This document shows positions 27,511-40,171 of a stretch of DNA of 64,000 bases, piece after piece. Under the pieces are notes generated by a model. It made no database searches. It saw nothing but the letters and a program-made list of their open reading frames with translations, and was not told where the DNA came from. The first letter of the stretch is position 1. Each line of letters starts with the position of its first letter. This DNA comes from Octopus vulgaris. Taxonomy: Eukaryota. The DNA lies in contig OX597814.1 in assembly GCA_951406725.2 (NCBI GenBank), forward strand, positions 35,836,001-35,900,000, given 5' to 3'. The translations under genes were made by a program, and so were the position numbers.

Positions 27511-28382
27511 GTGACTATTCTGTGGTACAGAAGTATTTTTTACTTCTATTTTAAGCGATGTAGGTGCTCATTTGGTGCCTTCACACACACATATATATAT
27601 ATATATTTCTTGTGCTGACCTAGCAGAGTTAAGACATTTTTAATGTTCACTGGAATTTTTTCCTACCATGCCTATAGTAGATTTGTGAATATTCTGTGGT
27701 ACAGAAGAATTTTTGACCTCTATTTTAAGCGATGTAAGTGCTTGAAACAATTGTAATGCATCACTAACTGATATCCTGTTGCTTAATTTGATTATATATT
27801 ATATATAAGTACATATCTTGCATTGTATGTATATATTTTATTAATTTGCTTGTATGGCTGTTAACTCACTTGCCACCGGTGATGGCATTTCAATAATACC
27901 ATCTCTTCTTATATTTATTTACAAATAATTTCATGAATTTTGTTTGTTTAAATAGTGTTTGGTCACTTTAAACAAAACTTTTGTAAGTATGGTGGGGGAA
28001 AATATTAGCAGTAGTAAGTTGGCAGACTTTGGCTGAAGAAAAAAAGGAACCTATTTGGTGCTAATTTTGAAATCAGTTCCAAGTTGACCGGTATTGGTTG
28101 TGCTGACCTAGCAGAGGTAACACGTTTTTAATGTTCACTGGAATTTTTTCCTACCATGTCTGTAGTAGATTTGTGACTATCCTATGTTACAGAAGTATTT
28201 TTGACTTCTATTTTAAGTGATGCAGGTGCTCATGTGGTGCCTTCCTGTATGTATATATATATATATATATATACAAGTACGTCTTGTATGTATATATTTT
28301 ATTAATATCAATAATTTGCCTGTACAGCTGAACTTGCTTGCCACACGTGATGGTATTTTAATAATACCATCCCTTCTTATAT
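27511..28382. repeat. Local segmental duplication (about 490-bp offset) with rearranged pieces
   Basis: TGTGCTGACCTAGCAGAG...TATTTTAAGCGATG at 27611 and 28099, with a third partial at 27511; TTGCCAC...ATAATACCATC at about 27870 and 28340. Confidence 0.85.
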
Positions 28383-28413
28383 ACATGCATACATACATAC
28401 ATACATACATACA

Positions 28414-28461
<48 letters not shown>

Positions 28462-28462
28462 A

Positions 28463-28983
28463 AATTGAATAAGGGTAGAAATTGATGTTAATCAATTAAA
28501 ACCAGTGGCCTAGCATATTAAAAAAATCCGAAGATTAAAATTTTTTATTACATACAAAATTTAAAGGACTGACCGCTAAAAGTGGACGGTCAATATGCTA
28601 GATATAGACGTCAAAATCGCTATTTTCCGCGAAGAATGTGTTCTCAAGAAAAAACTCAGCACAAAACCAAAGTGTAACAAATAAGTAAGACAAACGAAAA
28701 ATATACGAAATCAAAAACTATTACATATGTACCAATCAGTTTCACTTGTTAATATTCATGCATATGTATACACGAAAATCTGCAAGCTCATCAGCATAGT
28801 CTGGTAATCGCATAGGTAATCGTTTTTGATTTCGTATATTTTCATTTGTTTTACTTATTTGTTACACTTTGGTTTTGTGCTGAGTTTTTTTCTTGAGAAC
28901 ACATTCTTCATGGAAAATATCGATTTTAACGTCTATATCTAGCATATTGACCGTCCACTTTTAGTGGTCAGTCCTTTAAATTT

Positions 28984-28988
<5 letters not shown>
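28463..28988 (-). mobile_element. Hammerhead-bearing non-coding mini-element (Penelope pLTR/retrozyme-like) with about 180-bp inverted duplication, inserted in (TA)n
   Basis: 28551-28729 is the reverse complement of 28811-28988; the spacer contains a hammerhead core on the minus strand; flanked by (CATA)n/(TA)n. Confidence 0.75.
28724..28810 (-). ncRNA. Type I hammerhead ribozyme motif (minimal stem III)
   Basis: Minus: cgattaccagactatg-CUGAUGA-gcuug...caagu-GAAA-c ugauug-GUA-cauaug. Stem I uaug/caua plus auuac/guaau, stem II gcuug/caagu, intact core. Confidence 0.75.
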
Positions 28989-29030
<42 letters not shown>

Positions 29031-29049
29031 ATATATGATTATGTGACAC

Positions 29050-29220
29050 ATTACCACTATCCAAGTGGTAACACAGTATCAATACCAAGGGAAAGGCAAA
29101 GACCAGTACAGCTTGGCACCAGTGACATCACAACTGATTCCTACAGCTGAGTGAACTGCAGCAACATGAATAAAGTGTCTTGCTCAAGAACACAATATAC
29201 AGCCCAGTCTGGGAATCAAA
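29050..29220 (-). mobile_element. SINE family C fragment
   Basis: Reverse complement of GATTCCCAGACTGGGCTG...TTCTTGAGCAAGACACTTTATT...CACTCAGCTGTAG...GGTGCCAAGCTGTA. Confidence 0.75.
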
Positions 29221-29410
29221 TACACATATGGCTCTATATGCATATATTTATATACATGTATGTGTGTGTGTGTGTGTGTGTGTGTATGAGAAGTATTGGT
29301 ATCCAGAAAACCCAAAATGGCAGATAAGGCTATGTAATGACTGTAGTTAGACTCTCGGTTCAATAATAATATGATCAAGGAGTTTAATGTGGGTCTTATG
29401 TTAGCATGTA

Positions 29411-29556
29411 TATGTAAAATAAAATGAGACAACACAGCCAAGGCAGTGTGAACTTTTTAAGGCATTTATAAAGAGAGAGGAAGTCTACCTTTTTCTTTGT
29501 AAATGTCCTAAAAATTTCATACTGCCTAGGCTTTGTTGTCTCATTTTATTTAACAT
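29411..29556. repeat. Imperfect inverted repeat (about 70-bp arms, very short spacer)
   Basis: ATGTAAAATAAAATGAGACAAC...AAAGAGAGAGG versus CCTTTTTCTTTGT...GTTGTCTCATTTTATTTAACAT. Confidence 0.85.
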
Positions 29557-29621
29557 ACACACACACACACACACATATATACTGTATATATATATATACA
29601 CATCTAAGGCAAACATTGGTT

Positions 29622-30029
29622 TACTCTTTTACTCTTTTACTTGCTTCAGTCATTTGACTGTGGCCATGCTGGAGCACTGCCTTTAGTCGAGCAAATCGAC
29701 CACAGGACTTATTCTTTGTAAGCCTAGTACTTATTCTATCGGTCACTTTTTGCCAAACCAAGTTACGGGGATGGAAACACACCAGCATCGGTTGTCAAGC
29801 GACGTTGGGGAGGGGGGCAAACAAAGACACACGAACATATACACACACATGCATATATATATATATACATATATAAGATGGACTTCTTTCAGTTTCCATC
29901 TACCAAATCCACTCACAAGGCTTTGGTCGGCCCGAGGCTATAGTAGAAGATACTTGCCCAAGGTGCCACGCAATGGGACTGAACCCAGAACCATGTGGTT
30001 CGTAAGCAAGCTACTTACCACACAGCCAT
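29622..30029 (-). mobile_element. SINE family A
   Basis: Near full-length copy. Confidence 0.9.
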
Positions 30030-30558
30030 ATATTTATCATATATATATATATATGTTTGTGTGTGTATGTGTATGTGTGTGTGTATAGAGAGATATAAAA
30101 ATATGCATATATATATGATGATATATCTCCCATTGAAGATGGCATATGAATGTTCAGCTTTTGCCAAATGACCTGCACAAATGATTTGTTTATAGTGATC
30201 AAGTGTCCATGTTGTACATTATCTCACTTCCTCCATCAAATCTAAGTTGTCTGAACAGGTGCATGGTGTACCATTCATCAGGCTTCAAAGTGATCACAGT
30301 GCAATGTGAGATTAAGTATTTTTGCTCAGGAACACAATCTACCACCTGGTGTAGGAATTGAAACCATGATTTTGTGCTGTCATGGGTTGGACAGTCTATA
30401 GGATTTGATGAGTGCAGAGAACTGTGTCAAATTCCAATGTCTGTTTTTGGCATGGTTTCTACAGATTTACAGAAGGTATGGAGAGTTATATGCATGGTAC
30501 TAGCACTAGTGAAACAAATGTACCCCAGAACACTCTATAACATGATGTATGTATGTGT

Positions 30559-30989
30559 CTCTTTCTCTTTCTCTTTCTCTTTACTTGTTTCAGTCATTTG
30601 ACTGCAGCCATGCTGGAGCACCGCCTTTAGTCAAGCAAATCGACCCCAGGACTTATTCTTTGTAAGCCCAGTACTTATTCTATCGGTCTCTTTTGCCGAA
30701 CCGCTAATTGACGGGGACGTAAACACACCAGCATCGGTTGTCAAGCAATGTTGGGTCAGGGGGTGCAAACACAACACACAAACATACACACACATATATA
30801 TATATATATACATATATACATATATACGACGGGCTTCTTTCAGTTTCCGTCTACCAAATCCACTCACAAGGCATTGGTCGGCCCGGGGCTATTGCAGAAG
30901 ACACTTGCCCAAGATGCCACGCAGTGGGACTGAACCCGGAACCATGTGGTTGGTTAGCAAGCTACTTACCACACAGCCACTCCTGCGCC
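30559..30989 (-). mobile_element. SINE family A
   Basis: Full-length, CpG-rich (young) copy. Confidence 0.9.
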
Positions 30990-32146
30990 TGTGTGTGTAT
31001 GGAGACAGGGAGAAAGAGAGAGAGACTGACAGATAGACAAATATACATCGATACCTGCATATACACACATACCCACACACATGTGCACACCTCATTCACA
31101 GACACCTAAACAAGGTGTTCATTCTAAATGGGAATAAAAATAGTCTGTTTCAACTTCCTTTTGTGCTTTGGCATTAAGCAAAGGAATGCACAGCATACAT
31201 ATGATGTAGGTGTTGAACAATTCAGTTTCACTGTCCTGTGAGTTATGTGTGTAAAATCTCTAAGTGAAGGTAAGTGTTTTAAAAGTACACATTTACCAAT
31301 GATACATTGCATTTTCTAATGAAGTAAAGCCATTACACACTCTGAAAATGTCTGAAAATGGCTATTTGTAAAGAAAATTGCAGTTAAGTACACATGTAGT
31401 ATTAGCATAGCTAGGAGAAATCGAGGCTGTTGCAAGAAGTTGAATGGGCTGGAGAAGCTATTGTTATATAAAAACTTGCTAAATTGGAGGCACAAAGAGT
31501 TCTACATCATAACATGCTGCTTGAGAATAGAATACTTATTTACCAAAATGTTTATTAACTTACAAACTATCGTTGATGGAATTGTGGTTTTGTAGCCTGA
31601 TCAACTAGTTATCTTCATGTCCATATTGCTCAAAATAATATAAATTTGATATGGACCACCTGTAATCACCGTTGTAAAATACTTGTAGGTCTAAGGATAA
31701 ACATGTATAGCCATCAAGTAGAATAAATTAATTTTTACATAACTGTATAGTAAATACATAGCGGGCCTCTAGTGGTTTATCGATCATAGGAGAGACAATG
31801 TATTCTGGAATAAATTGGGGCAGTTTTGAACATTTGTAATTTACATTAAAGAAGAAAAGAATAGTATTTAATATTTTTTTTTACACATTATAAAGTTCTT
31901 AAAGTTTTTTGTCATTGGTAGTAATATATAGTGTTATTTCATCCTTTTTTAGAATCACCAGCATGACATAACCTGAGACAAATAAATTAAGCTAAATTCA
32001 ACAGTTTATCAAGTTGAACATTTCTTACAGTGATAAAATAGTTTATAGTTTAAAAGGCATTCTTGTTTCCTTTTTTTTTTTACCCTCGATTTTTGAACAG
32101 AAAGGTACACAGGAAAGTAGTGTAAAATAATTCATGCAAAACTATA

Positions 32147-32370
32147 CTCTTTTTCTCTCTCTCTTTACTCTTTTACTTGTTTCAGTTATTTGACTGTGGT
32201 CATGCTGGAGCACCACCTTTAGTCGAGCAAATCGACCCTAGGACTTATTCTTTGTAAGCCTAGTACTTATTCTATCAGTCTCTTTTGTCGAACCACTAAG
32301 TTATGTGGATGTAAAAACACCAGCATCGGTTGTCAAGTGATGTTGGGGGGACAAACACAGACACACAAGC

Positions 32371-32432
<62 letters not shown>

Positions 32433-32590
32433 GGCTTCTTTCAGTTTCTGTCTACCAAATCCACTCACAAGGCTTTGGTCAGCACGTGGCTACAGTAGAA
32501 GACACTTGCCCAAGTTGCCACGCTGTGGGACTGAACCTGGAGCCATGTGATTCGTAAGCAAGCTACTTACCACACAGCCACTACTACACC
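32147..32590 (-). mobile_element. SINE family A
   Basis: Full-length copy. Confidence 0.9.
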
Positions 32591-33327
32591 TATATTGTAA
32601 ATAACAAATGTAAAATAAATTACTTCAGCATATTCATGTGTAGACAACCAGTTCTGCATCTGTGTCTTCCAACTAGTCTTGAGTTTTATGTTTGTTTTGT
32701 AGGTTTATGATACGTTTTTCTTTTTCATCCAAATGGTTGTGTGTTTCGGATATTGTTCTCCATTTGTTATTTCAAGATGACAAGAATTATTATTCAGGGT
32801 CAACACTGATATTCAAAGTTAACAACAATGAGTATAATAATAGTAATGATCATCATCATCATCATTGTTGTTGTTATCATCATTTAAAGTTCACTTTTCC
32901 ATGCTTGCATGAATCAGACACAATTCATTGAAGCATATTCTCCATAGTCAAGTGCCTTTCTTGCTGCCAGCCCTTACCTGTTTCCATGTAAGGTAAAAAT
33001 ACTTTTGTTCATTGAACAACAAACAATCAAGCACAGTTACAAGCTGCTGTTTTAGTTACAAAGATCACACAAATTATCAAGAAGTCTTGGTATGATTTTG
33101 TAGTTGACTGTAAGCATATGACGCTGTTTGTATTGTTAGTAAGGATGCTGATATTCTTTCCACTCAGCAAACATGCATAGCAACAAGGAGAAAATATGAT
33201 ATCAGTCACATTAATACATGCACATACCTGCATATATATATATGTATATATCATTCATCATTTAACGTCCGCTTTCCATGCTAGCATGGGTTGGACTATA
33301 TACATATATATATATATATATTTATGT

Positions 33328-33672
33328 GAAGGTGCATGGTTCAGTGGTTAGAGCGTTGAGCTTACAATCGTAAAGTTGTGAGTTCGAATCCCGGACTGGG
33401 CTGCGGACTGGGCTGCATGTTGTGTTCTTGAACAAGACACTTTATTTCACGTTGCTCCAGTTCACTCAGCTGTAGAAATGAGTTGCGACATCACAGGTGC
33501 CAAGCTGTATTGGCTGTTGCCTTTCCTTTGGATAATACTGGTGGCGTGGAGAGGGGAGGCCGGTATGCTTGGGCGACTGCTGGTTTTCCATAAACAACCT
33601 TGCCCGGACTTGAGCCTGGGAGGGTAACTTTCTAAGTGCAATCCCAAGGTCAGTCATGACCGAAGGGGGTCT
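33328..33672 (+). mobile_element. tRNA-derived SINE family C
   Basis: GGTGCATGGTTCAGTGGTTAGAGCG...GAGTTCGAATCCC (A/B boxes), then TGTGTTCTTGAACAAGACACTT core and tail CATGACCGAAGGGGGTCT. Confidence 0.85.
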
Positions 33673-33689
33673 CAGCATAGGCTCTGAAT

Positions 33690-33925
33690 GACTGTCTGTT
33701 TTCCGTGTTCGTCAATTCGTGAATTTCACGTTCTTTATATATAAAGTTTTATTCTATATTATCGCAGCGTACATGCACCAATCCATTTATGTTTGTCATA
33801 TCTCCACCATTGCACGACTTCTTTAACTTTAACTTTCTCTTTCCCATTCACCATTGACTGTCTGTTTTCCGTGTTCGTCAATTCGTGAATTTCACATTCT
33901 TTATATATAAAGTTTTATTCTATAT
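33690..33925. repeat. Head-to-tail repeat, about 166-bp unit, 1.4 copies
   Basis: GACTGTCTGTTTTCCGTGTTCGTCAATTCGTGAATTTCAC...AAAGTTTTATTCTATAT at 33690 and 33856. Confidence 0.85.
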
Positions 33926-34828
33926 ATATATATATATACACATATGTGTGTGTGTGTGTGTGTATGCATGTATATATCTGACTAGTCCTCAACAGGCCCT
34001 GCACTATTTAATGTTATTCCAAAACAAATCAAAGTAGAAAAGATCTCATCACCTTCAAATGACATCTGGACAAATTTCAAGGGACACCAGGCAAGCTGCT
34101 TATACCTGGATACACCCAACAAAACCTTCCGATTTCAATGGGCCATGATACCACAAAAGTTGAAATTGGAAATGACTTAAGAGAATCTATCAGATGGTGC
34201 TATAAAAGTAAATATAGCCTGGGCAAATTTTTGGCCAAAACATATCTAAGTTTACCAAATATATAACATTGATCATCATCATCATTACTCCCCCCCCCCC
34301 ACTACTACCACAACCACCACTATCCACATCATCATCATCATCATCATTTAATATCTCTTTTTCCATGTTGGCATAAGTTGGATGATTTGATAGAAACCAG
34401 CTAACTGGAAAGCTGCTCCAAGTGACAGTTTCCACAGTTTAATGCCCTTCTTAATGCCAACCATTTTATATATTGTACTGGATGCTATTTTCATGGTTTC
34501 TTCAGTTACTGTCTACAAATTTCGATCACAAGATATTGGTCATCCTGTCGCTGTAGTATAGAACATCAGCCCAAAATATTCACACAGATGTATCAAACCT
34601 CTAATCCCTTGGTTCAAATTCAAAAGTAAACTTCATAACCATACAGCCATACATCTTTGGATGTACCCCAGATATTCATTACAAATGGTATGAGTGACAC
34701 ATTCTTTAACTGCCATAATATTTTAAATGTAACAGCTAGGTTGATGGAATTCTCTATCTTTTCTCTTTACATTTGCACAAATTTACGGTCATTTGTTAGT
34801 GCTATGTCAATAATATGCTACTGTCTTG

Positions 34829-35040
34829 AAGGCGGCAAGCTGGCAGAAGCGTTTGCATGCCGGACAAAATCCTTAGCAGTATTTCGTCAATCTATGTTCT
34901 GAGTTCAAATTCCGCCGAGGTTGACTTTGCCTTTCATCCTTTCAGGGTCGATAGATTAAGTACCAGTTGTGCACTGGAGTCGATCTAATCGACTGGCCCC
35001 CTCCCCCCAAATTTTGGACCTTGTGCCTAGAGTAGAAAAG
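34829..35040 (+). mobile_element. SINE family B (tail type 2) with 15-bp target-site duplication
   Basis: AATATGCTACTGTCT at 34812-34826 and 35041-35055. Confidence 0.9.
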
Positions 35041-35081
35041 AATATGCTACTGTCTCATTTGTCATTGTTCATTATGTCTTA

Positions 35082-35575
35082 TCTCATAGTCTCTATGTGA
35101 AAAGCATAAGGTTTAGTGAGCAGGGTACTTGACTGTGAGTTTGATTCCTGGTGGCACATTGTATCTCATAGTCTCTATGTGAAAAGCATAAGGTTTAGTG
35201 AGCAGGGTACTTGACTGTGAGTTTGATTCCTGGTGGCACATTGTATCTCATAGTCTCTATGTGAAAAGCATAAGATTTAGTGAGCAGGGTACTTGGCTGT
35301 GAGTTTAATTCCTGGTGGCACATTGTATCTTTGAACAAAGCACTTTATTCCAAGTTGCTCCAGTCCACTCAGCTGGCAAAAAGGATTTTGAACCTATAAT
35401 TCAAAGAGCCCCACCTGTGTTACACTCTGTGCCATTCTTAACCTCTCTGAGAACTACGTTAAGGGCACTTGTTTCTGTGGAGAACTCAGCCATTTGTACA
35501 TTGACTTCTTGAGCAGGTTATTCCATTGATAGGATCAACTGGTGCACTTATCAGTGTAACTGACAGATAGCCAGG
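35082..35575 (+). mobile_element. SINE family C variant whose 5' flank and head are triplicated (82-bp unit)
   Basis: TCTCATAGTCTCTATGTGAAAAGC...GGTGGCACATTGTA starts at 35082, 35164 and 35246; the body continues like 7292-7541. Confidence 0.8.
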
Positions 35576-36407
35576 ATGTGAAAGTTCCAAAATATTTTCA
35601 ATGTTATTTTCTGAAATAGCTGGTTGTTCATGTGAATGCCACAAAGCAATTTTTTTTGTTCTTTCTGCAACAGATGAAATTAGATTCATATAGAGCAACA
35701 TTGCTATGTCACTATATCTCTTAGAACATTTTGCCAGAACTATTTGTTATAATATAGGCATTTTTGATATTCCTTATCATATATCTAGTAGTATTACTTA
35801 CTCTTGTTAGTCCAAAGTAATCATGAACATATAGTTTCCATGATTGGCTCTAGGAAGCAAAACTCCTGTGGGACTTTATCATACATGTGCATATCTATAC
35901 AATCACTTTTGATTCTCTTAGCTTCTATGTAAGCAAGCACAGTTTTTTCATAACCTATCCTTTTATTGTCTCTTTATTCTTTGTGGCAGTCACAAAGAAA
36001 TTATCATCATCATTATTATTATTGTTATTGTTGTTGTTGTCGTTGTAGTTATTAGCTCGTTGTCTTTTAGCTTTTGTAAATATTTTTCACTGGGTTGTTA
36101 TAATTAACCTTGGGTATTGGATATGTTCAAAGAACATATAAATATGCAATAACATATGCTTTGATAAGTGTTTTGTTTGTTTGTTTATATATGTGTGTGC
36201 ATCTTAATATGTGTGACTGTATCCAAAGATGTATGATATGAAGAGGGTGACAGAGGATGTTGTAAAGGTGGCTTGTTCATATTATACCAATCATTTCTTT
36301 TCTAGAATGGTTGTTGACAACATTGTTGTTGCTAATACTGCTACAGCTAATATTTCTACCATTTTTTTTTAGATATCATTCTTACTGCTATAGTTTTTGG
36401 TCTTGTC

Positions 36408-36485
36408 TATGTGTGTGTACACACACACGCACACACACAAACATACATATATGTGTGCATGAGTGTATATATGAATGTATATAAG

Positions 36486-36523
<38 letters not shown>

Positions 36524-36592
36524 TATGTGTGTGAGTATATATATATATGCATATATAGATATGTGAATATGTATATATATGTATACATGCGC

Positions 36593-36626
<34 letters not shown>

Positions 36627-36825
36627 ATACATATATGTACATGTGTATGTATTCATACAAACATGAAAGTATGTGTATATATATATATAGTCATACATAC
36701 ATGCGCAAACATAAATATATGCATATACATATACGTACATGCACACACACACACACACACACAGACACACATATATATATATATATTTTGTGTGTGTTTG
36801 TATATATATATATATATACAAACAA

Positions 36826-36882
<57 letters not shown>

Positions 36883-37050
36883 CATATATATAAATATATA
36901 TATATATAAATAAATATGTATATATATGTATATATCCATATATATATAGATATATATATATAAATAAATATGTATATATATGTATATATATCTCTATATA
37001 AATATATATATGTGTGTGTGTATATGTATATACATATGTATATATGTATA

Positions 37051-37081
<31 letters not shown>

Positions 37082-37250
37082 GTTTCTGTATGTGTGTATA
37101 AATATATACATACACATACATTCATGCTTGTATGAATACATGTATACACTCATTCATGTATGTGTGTATGTTCATATATATATGGTCATATATAGATATA
37201 TATGTGTGTATATGTACACTCACACACAAACACAGACGTGCCCTCCCACC

Positions 37251-37282
<32 letters not shown>

Positions 37283-37310
37283 GTGTGATGTTGTTACATA
37301 TATATACATA
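36408..37310. repeat. About 900-bp compound (TA)n/(CA)n/(TG)n microsatellite
   Basis: Directly visible; source of the YI-repeat ORFs. Confidence 0.95.
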
Positions 37311-38315
37311 TGGTGATGTTGTTCACTTGGTTTACCTTGACAATATGGTCGTTTCCATGTTGTTGCTTTTCTAATTTATTTTCTTCCTAGTCCTTTATGT
37401 TTTTCTTTTGCTACATTTGTTATTGTGATTATCACTTGAATATCTATCCCAACGTGTATTTGCATGACAAAATCTGTAATATGCAATTCAACATAACTGT
37501 AATTGAAGTTTACACTCAAATGGAAAGTAGATAATTGATGCAACTTTTGCCAGTTGGTGCATAAATATCAGTGAGGCATTTGCATTTCGTGTTGGAACAT
37601 TTTCTTGATATGAAAAACAGCAGAAGGCAGAAACAAAATAATAATGATTACTTTTTGTTGCCAATCATGAGGAATTTTTGCAATAAAACAAAAAGAAGCA
37701 TAAACGCTGATACATAATTGTTTAAATCTATCCGCCAAGAAAATAATCTCAGATATCTAATTTACTGAATACCAAAAATATGCAAGAATAGTGATTCATA
37801 GAGTAAATTGTAAATATTGCTTGTAATTTAGGGTCATGGAGCAGCAATTCTGAAGGGAGGGGATGGTTAGTTTATTTCATTGATGCTTGTTGATGATTGG
37901 TGCTTTATTATAACAACCTGAAATAGATGAAAGGCAGTGTTGATCTCAGTAGGGCTTGAACTTAGAACAGAGATTTCAAAATTCTAGGCATGTTAACATT
38001 ACAGTTAATTCTTTTGGGATCAAAAAAAATTAAGTGCTACTCATGCACTTGATGTGATATCCACTTATCCTTATTAAAAATAGTGTACTTGTGCTGAAAT
38101 TAGGAATGATTACAGTCTACATTTAGAAATGTAAATACCAGCACTGGCTATGTGGCTAATAAGTTTGTTTCTCAGTCATGTGATTTTGGGTTCAGTTACT
38201 CTGCAATGTACCTCAGGTATGTGTTCTACTACAGTTCCAGAATGACCAAGGAATTTTGAGTGGATTTGATAGACAGAAACCCATTGCATAAATATGTATG
38301 GTTTTATGATATTTT

Positions 38316-38560
38316 CGTCATCATCATCATCATCGTCTGCTTTCCATGCTAGCATGGGTTGGACGATTTGACTGAGGTCTGGCAAACCAGATGGTTGCAC
38401 CAGACTCCAATCTAATCTGGCAGAGTTTCTACAGCTGGATGCCCTTCATAGTGCCAACCACTCTGAGAGTGTAGTGGGTGCTTTTACATGCCACCGGCAC
38501 GAGGGCCAGTCCGGTGGCACTGGCAGCAGCCATGTTCAAATGGTGCTTTTTATGTGCACC
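38316..38560 (-). mobile_element. RTE-type 3'UTR copy
   Basis: (CAT)n tail plus GCTTTCCATGCTAGCATGGGTTGGACGATTTGACTGAGG... Confidence 0.85.
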
Positions 38561-39247
38561 ATTTGAGCAATATTTCATTTTTTCAATCTTTTATGTATTT
38601 CTGTCATTTTATTACAGGTATGTTGGGATACTACCTTGAAGAATTTGGTGAATCAAATTGACACCAATATATTTTTTAAAGTTTGGTATTTATTCTGTCA
38701 GTCTCTCTTTTGGCAAAAACCACTAAGTTATGGGGATAAAAACAAATCAACACTGGTTTTCAAGTGGCAAGAGACAAATACACAGATGCACACACACACG
38801 CACACGACTGTATAGTAAAGATGTTTGCTTCACAGCCATATGATCCTCAGTTCAGTATCACTGCATAGCACCTTGGGCAACCCATATCATTGGGCTGACC
38901 AATACCGCATTTGTGTGTGTGTGTGTGTGTTCTCTCTCCTAAACGCAGTTAGCAATGTGGCTCCTGTACAAAAATTTGCTCTATCCTAACCTCTTCCTTC
39001 ATACTGTAACCTCCATCTAACATACAAATGCAACACTCTCCCTCCTTGAATTATTTCACTTGCAATCTACATGGTGAGCAGAATAGTGCTGGCGGCATGG
39101 AAAAAAACTTTCAATACATACTGCAAAATTGATTGGAATTAAAAAGGACATCCAGTGATAAAAACCATGCCAAACCAGACACTGAAGTACAATGCACTCC
39201 TTGGACTCATCAGATCCTTGTCAAACCATCCAACCCATGAACATGGA

Positions 39248-39678
39248 AAGGTGGCGAGCTGGCAGAAATGTTAGCACGCTGGGCGAAATGCTTAGCGGTA
39301 TTTCGTTTGCCATTACATTCTGAGTTCAAATTCTGCCGGGGTTGACTTTGCCTCTCATCCTTTCGGGTCGATAAATTTAAGTACCAGTTACGTACTGGGG
39401 TTGATGTAATCGACTTAATCCCTTTGTCTGTCCTTGTTTGTCCCCTCTGTGTTTAGCTCCTTGTGGGCAATAAAAAAATAAGAAATGTTAGCATTCCAGG
39501 TGAAATGCTTAGCAGTATTTCGTCTGTCCTTACGTTCTGAGTTCAAATTCTGCTGAGGTTGACTTTGCATTTCATTCTTTCGGGATTGATAAATTAAGTA
39601 CCAGTTGTGCACTGGAGTCGATCTAATTGACTGGCCCCCTCTCCTAAAATTTCGGGCCTCGTACCAAGAGTAGGAAAG
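39248..39678 (+). mobile_element. Tandem dimer of SINE family B (tail 1 then tail 2) nested in an old RTE 3' end
   Basis: First unit 39248-39483, second 5'-clipped unit 39484-39678; CATGGAA on both flanks; the host RTE tail resumes GGACATTAAATGATGAT. Confidence 0.85.
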
Positions 39679-39955
39679 CATGGAACATGGACATTAAATG
39701 ATGATAATGACATATACATATGCACAATGAGCTTCCACATAATTTCTGTCTGCATTCACAAAGCATTGGTCAATCCAAGATGTCATGCAGCGGCACTGAA
39801 CTGAGAACCATATAGTTGTGAAGCATGCATCTATAGAAAACATCTTTTCAGGTATGATGCCAGCCATACCTGAAGCTATATGATACTTTAAAACAATGTA
39901 TTGCATGATCCTAAACAACAACATCAATCCTGGTTAGTAGAATTAGTGCACTTCT

Positions 39956-40171
39956 TAACCCTTTCATTACCAACCCGGCTGAAACTGGCTCTGGCTCTGT
40001 AGTACAAATGTCTTGTTTTCATAAGTTTTGAATTAAAATCTTAGTCCCAATTTATGTTCCCAACACTAGCTTAATGATAACAAAGTTATTTTACTAAATT
40101 CTTTGTTATATTTAAAATAATTGAAAGAAATGCAGAGCATCTCAAAATAAATACGGTAACGAAAGGGTTAA
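39956..40171. mobile_element. TTAA-flanked MITE (piggyBac-like)
   Basis: TTAA|CCCTTTCATTACC...GGTAACGAAAGGG|TTAA. Confidence 0.85.

Noticed and set aside
31180-31275. Strong donor GAAG|GTAAGT
   Set aside because: All frames from the plausible upstream acceptors contain stops; no support for a coding exon.
33328-33400. tRNA-like sequences (also at 25500-25571 and 61210-61280)
   Set aside because: A/B boxes are present but there is no closed acceptor stem, and they continue into SINE bodies; these are SINE heads.
36369-37374. Long YI/VC/HT-repeat ORFs here and throughout the ORF track
   Set aside because: Translations of (TA)n/(TG)n/(CA)n microsatellites with no coding signal.
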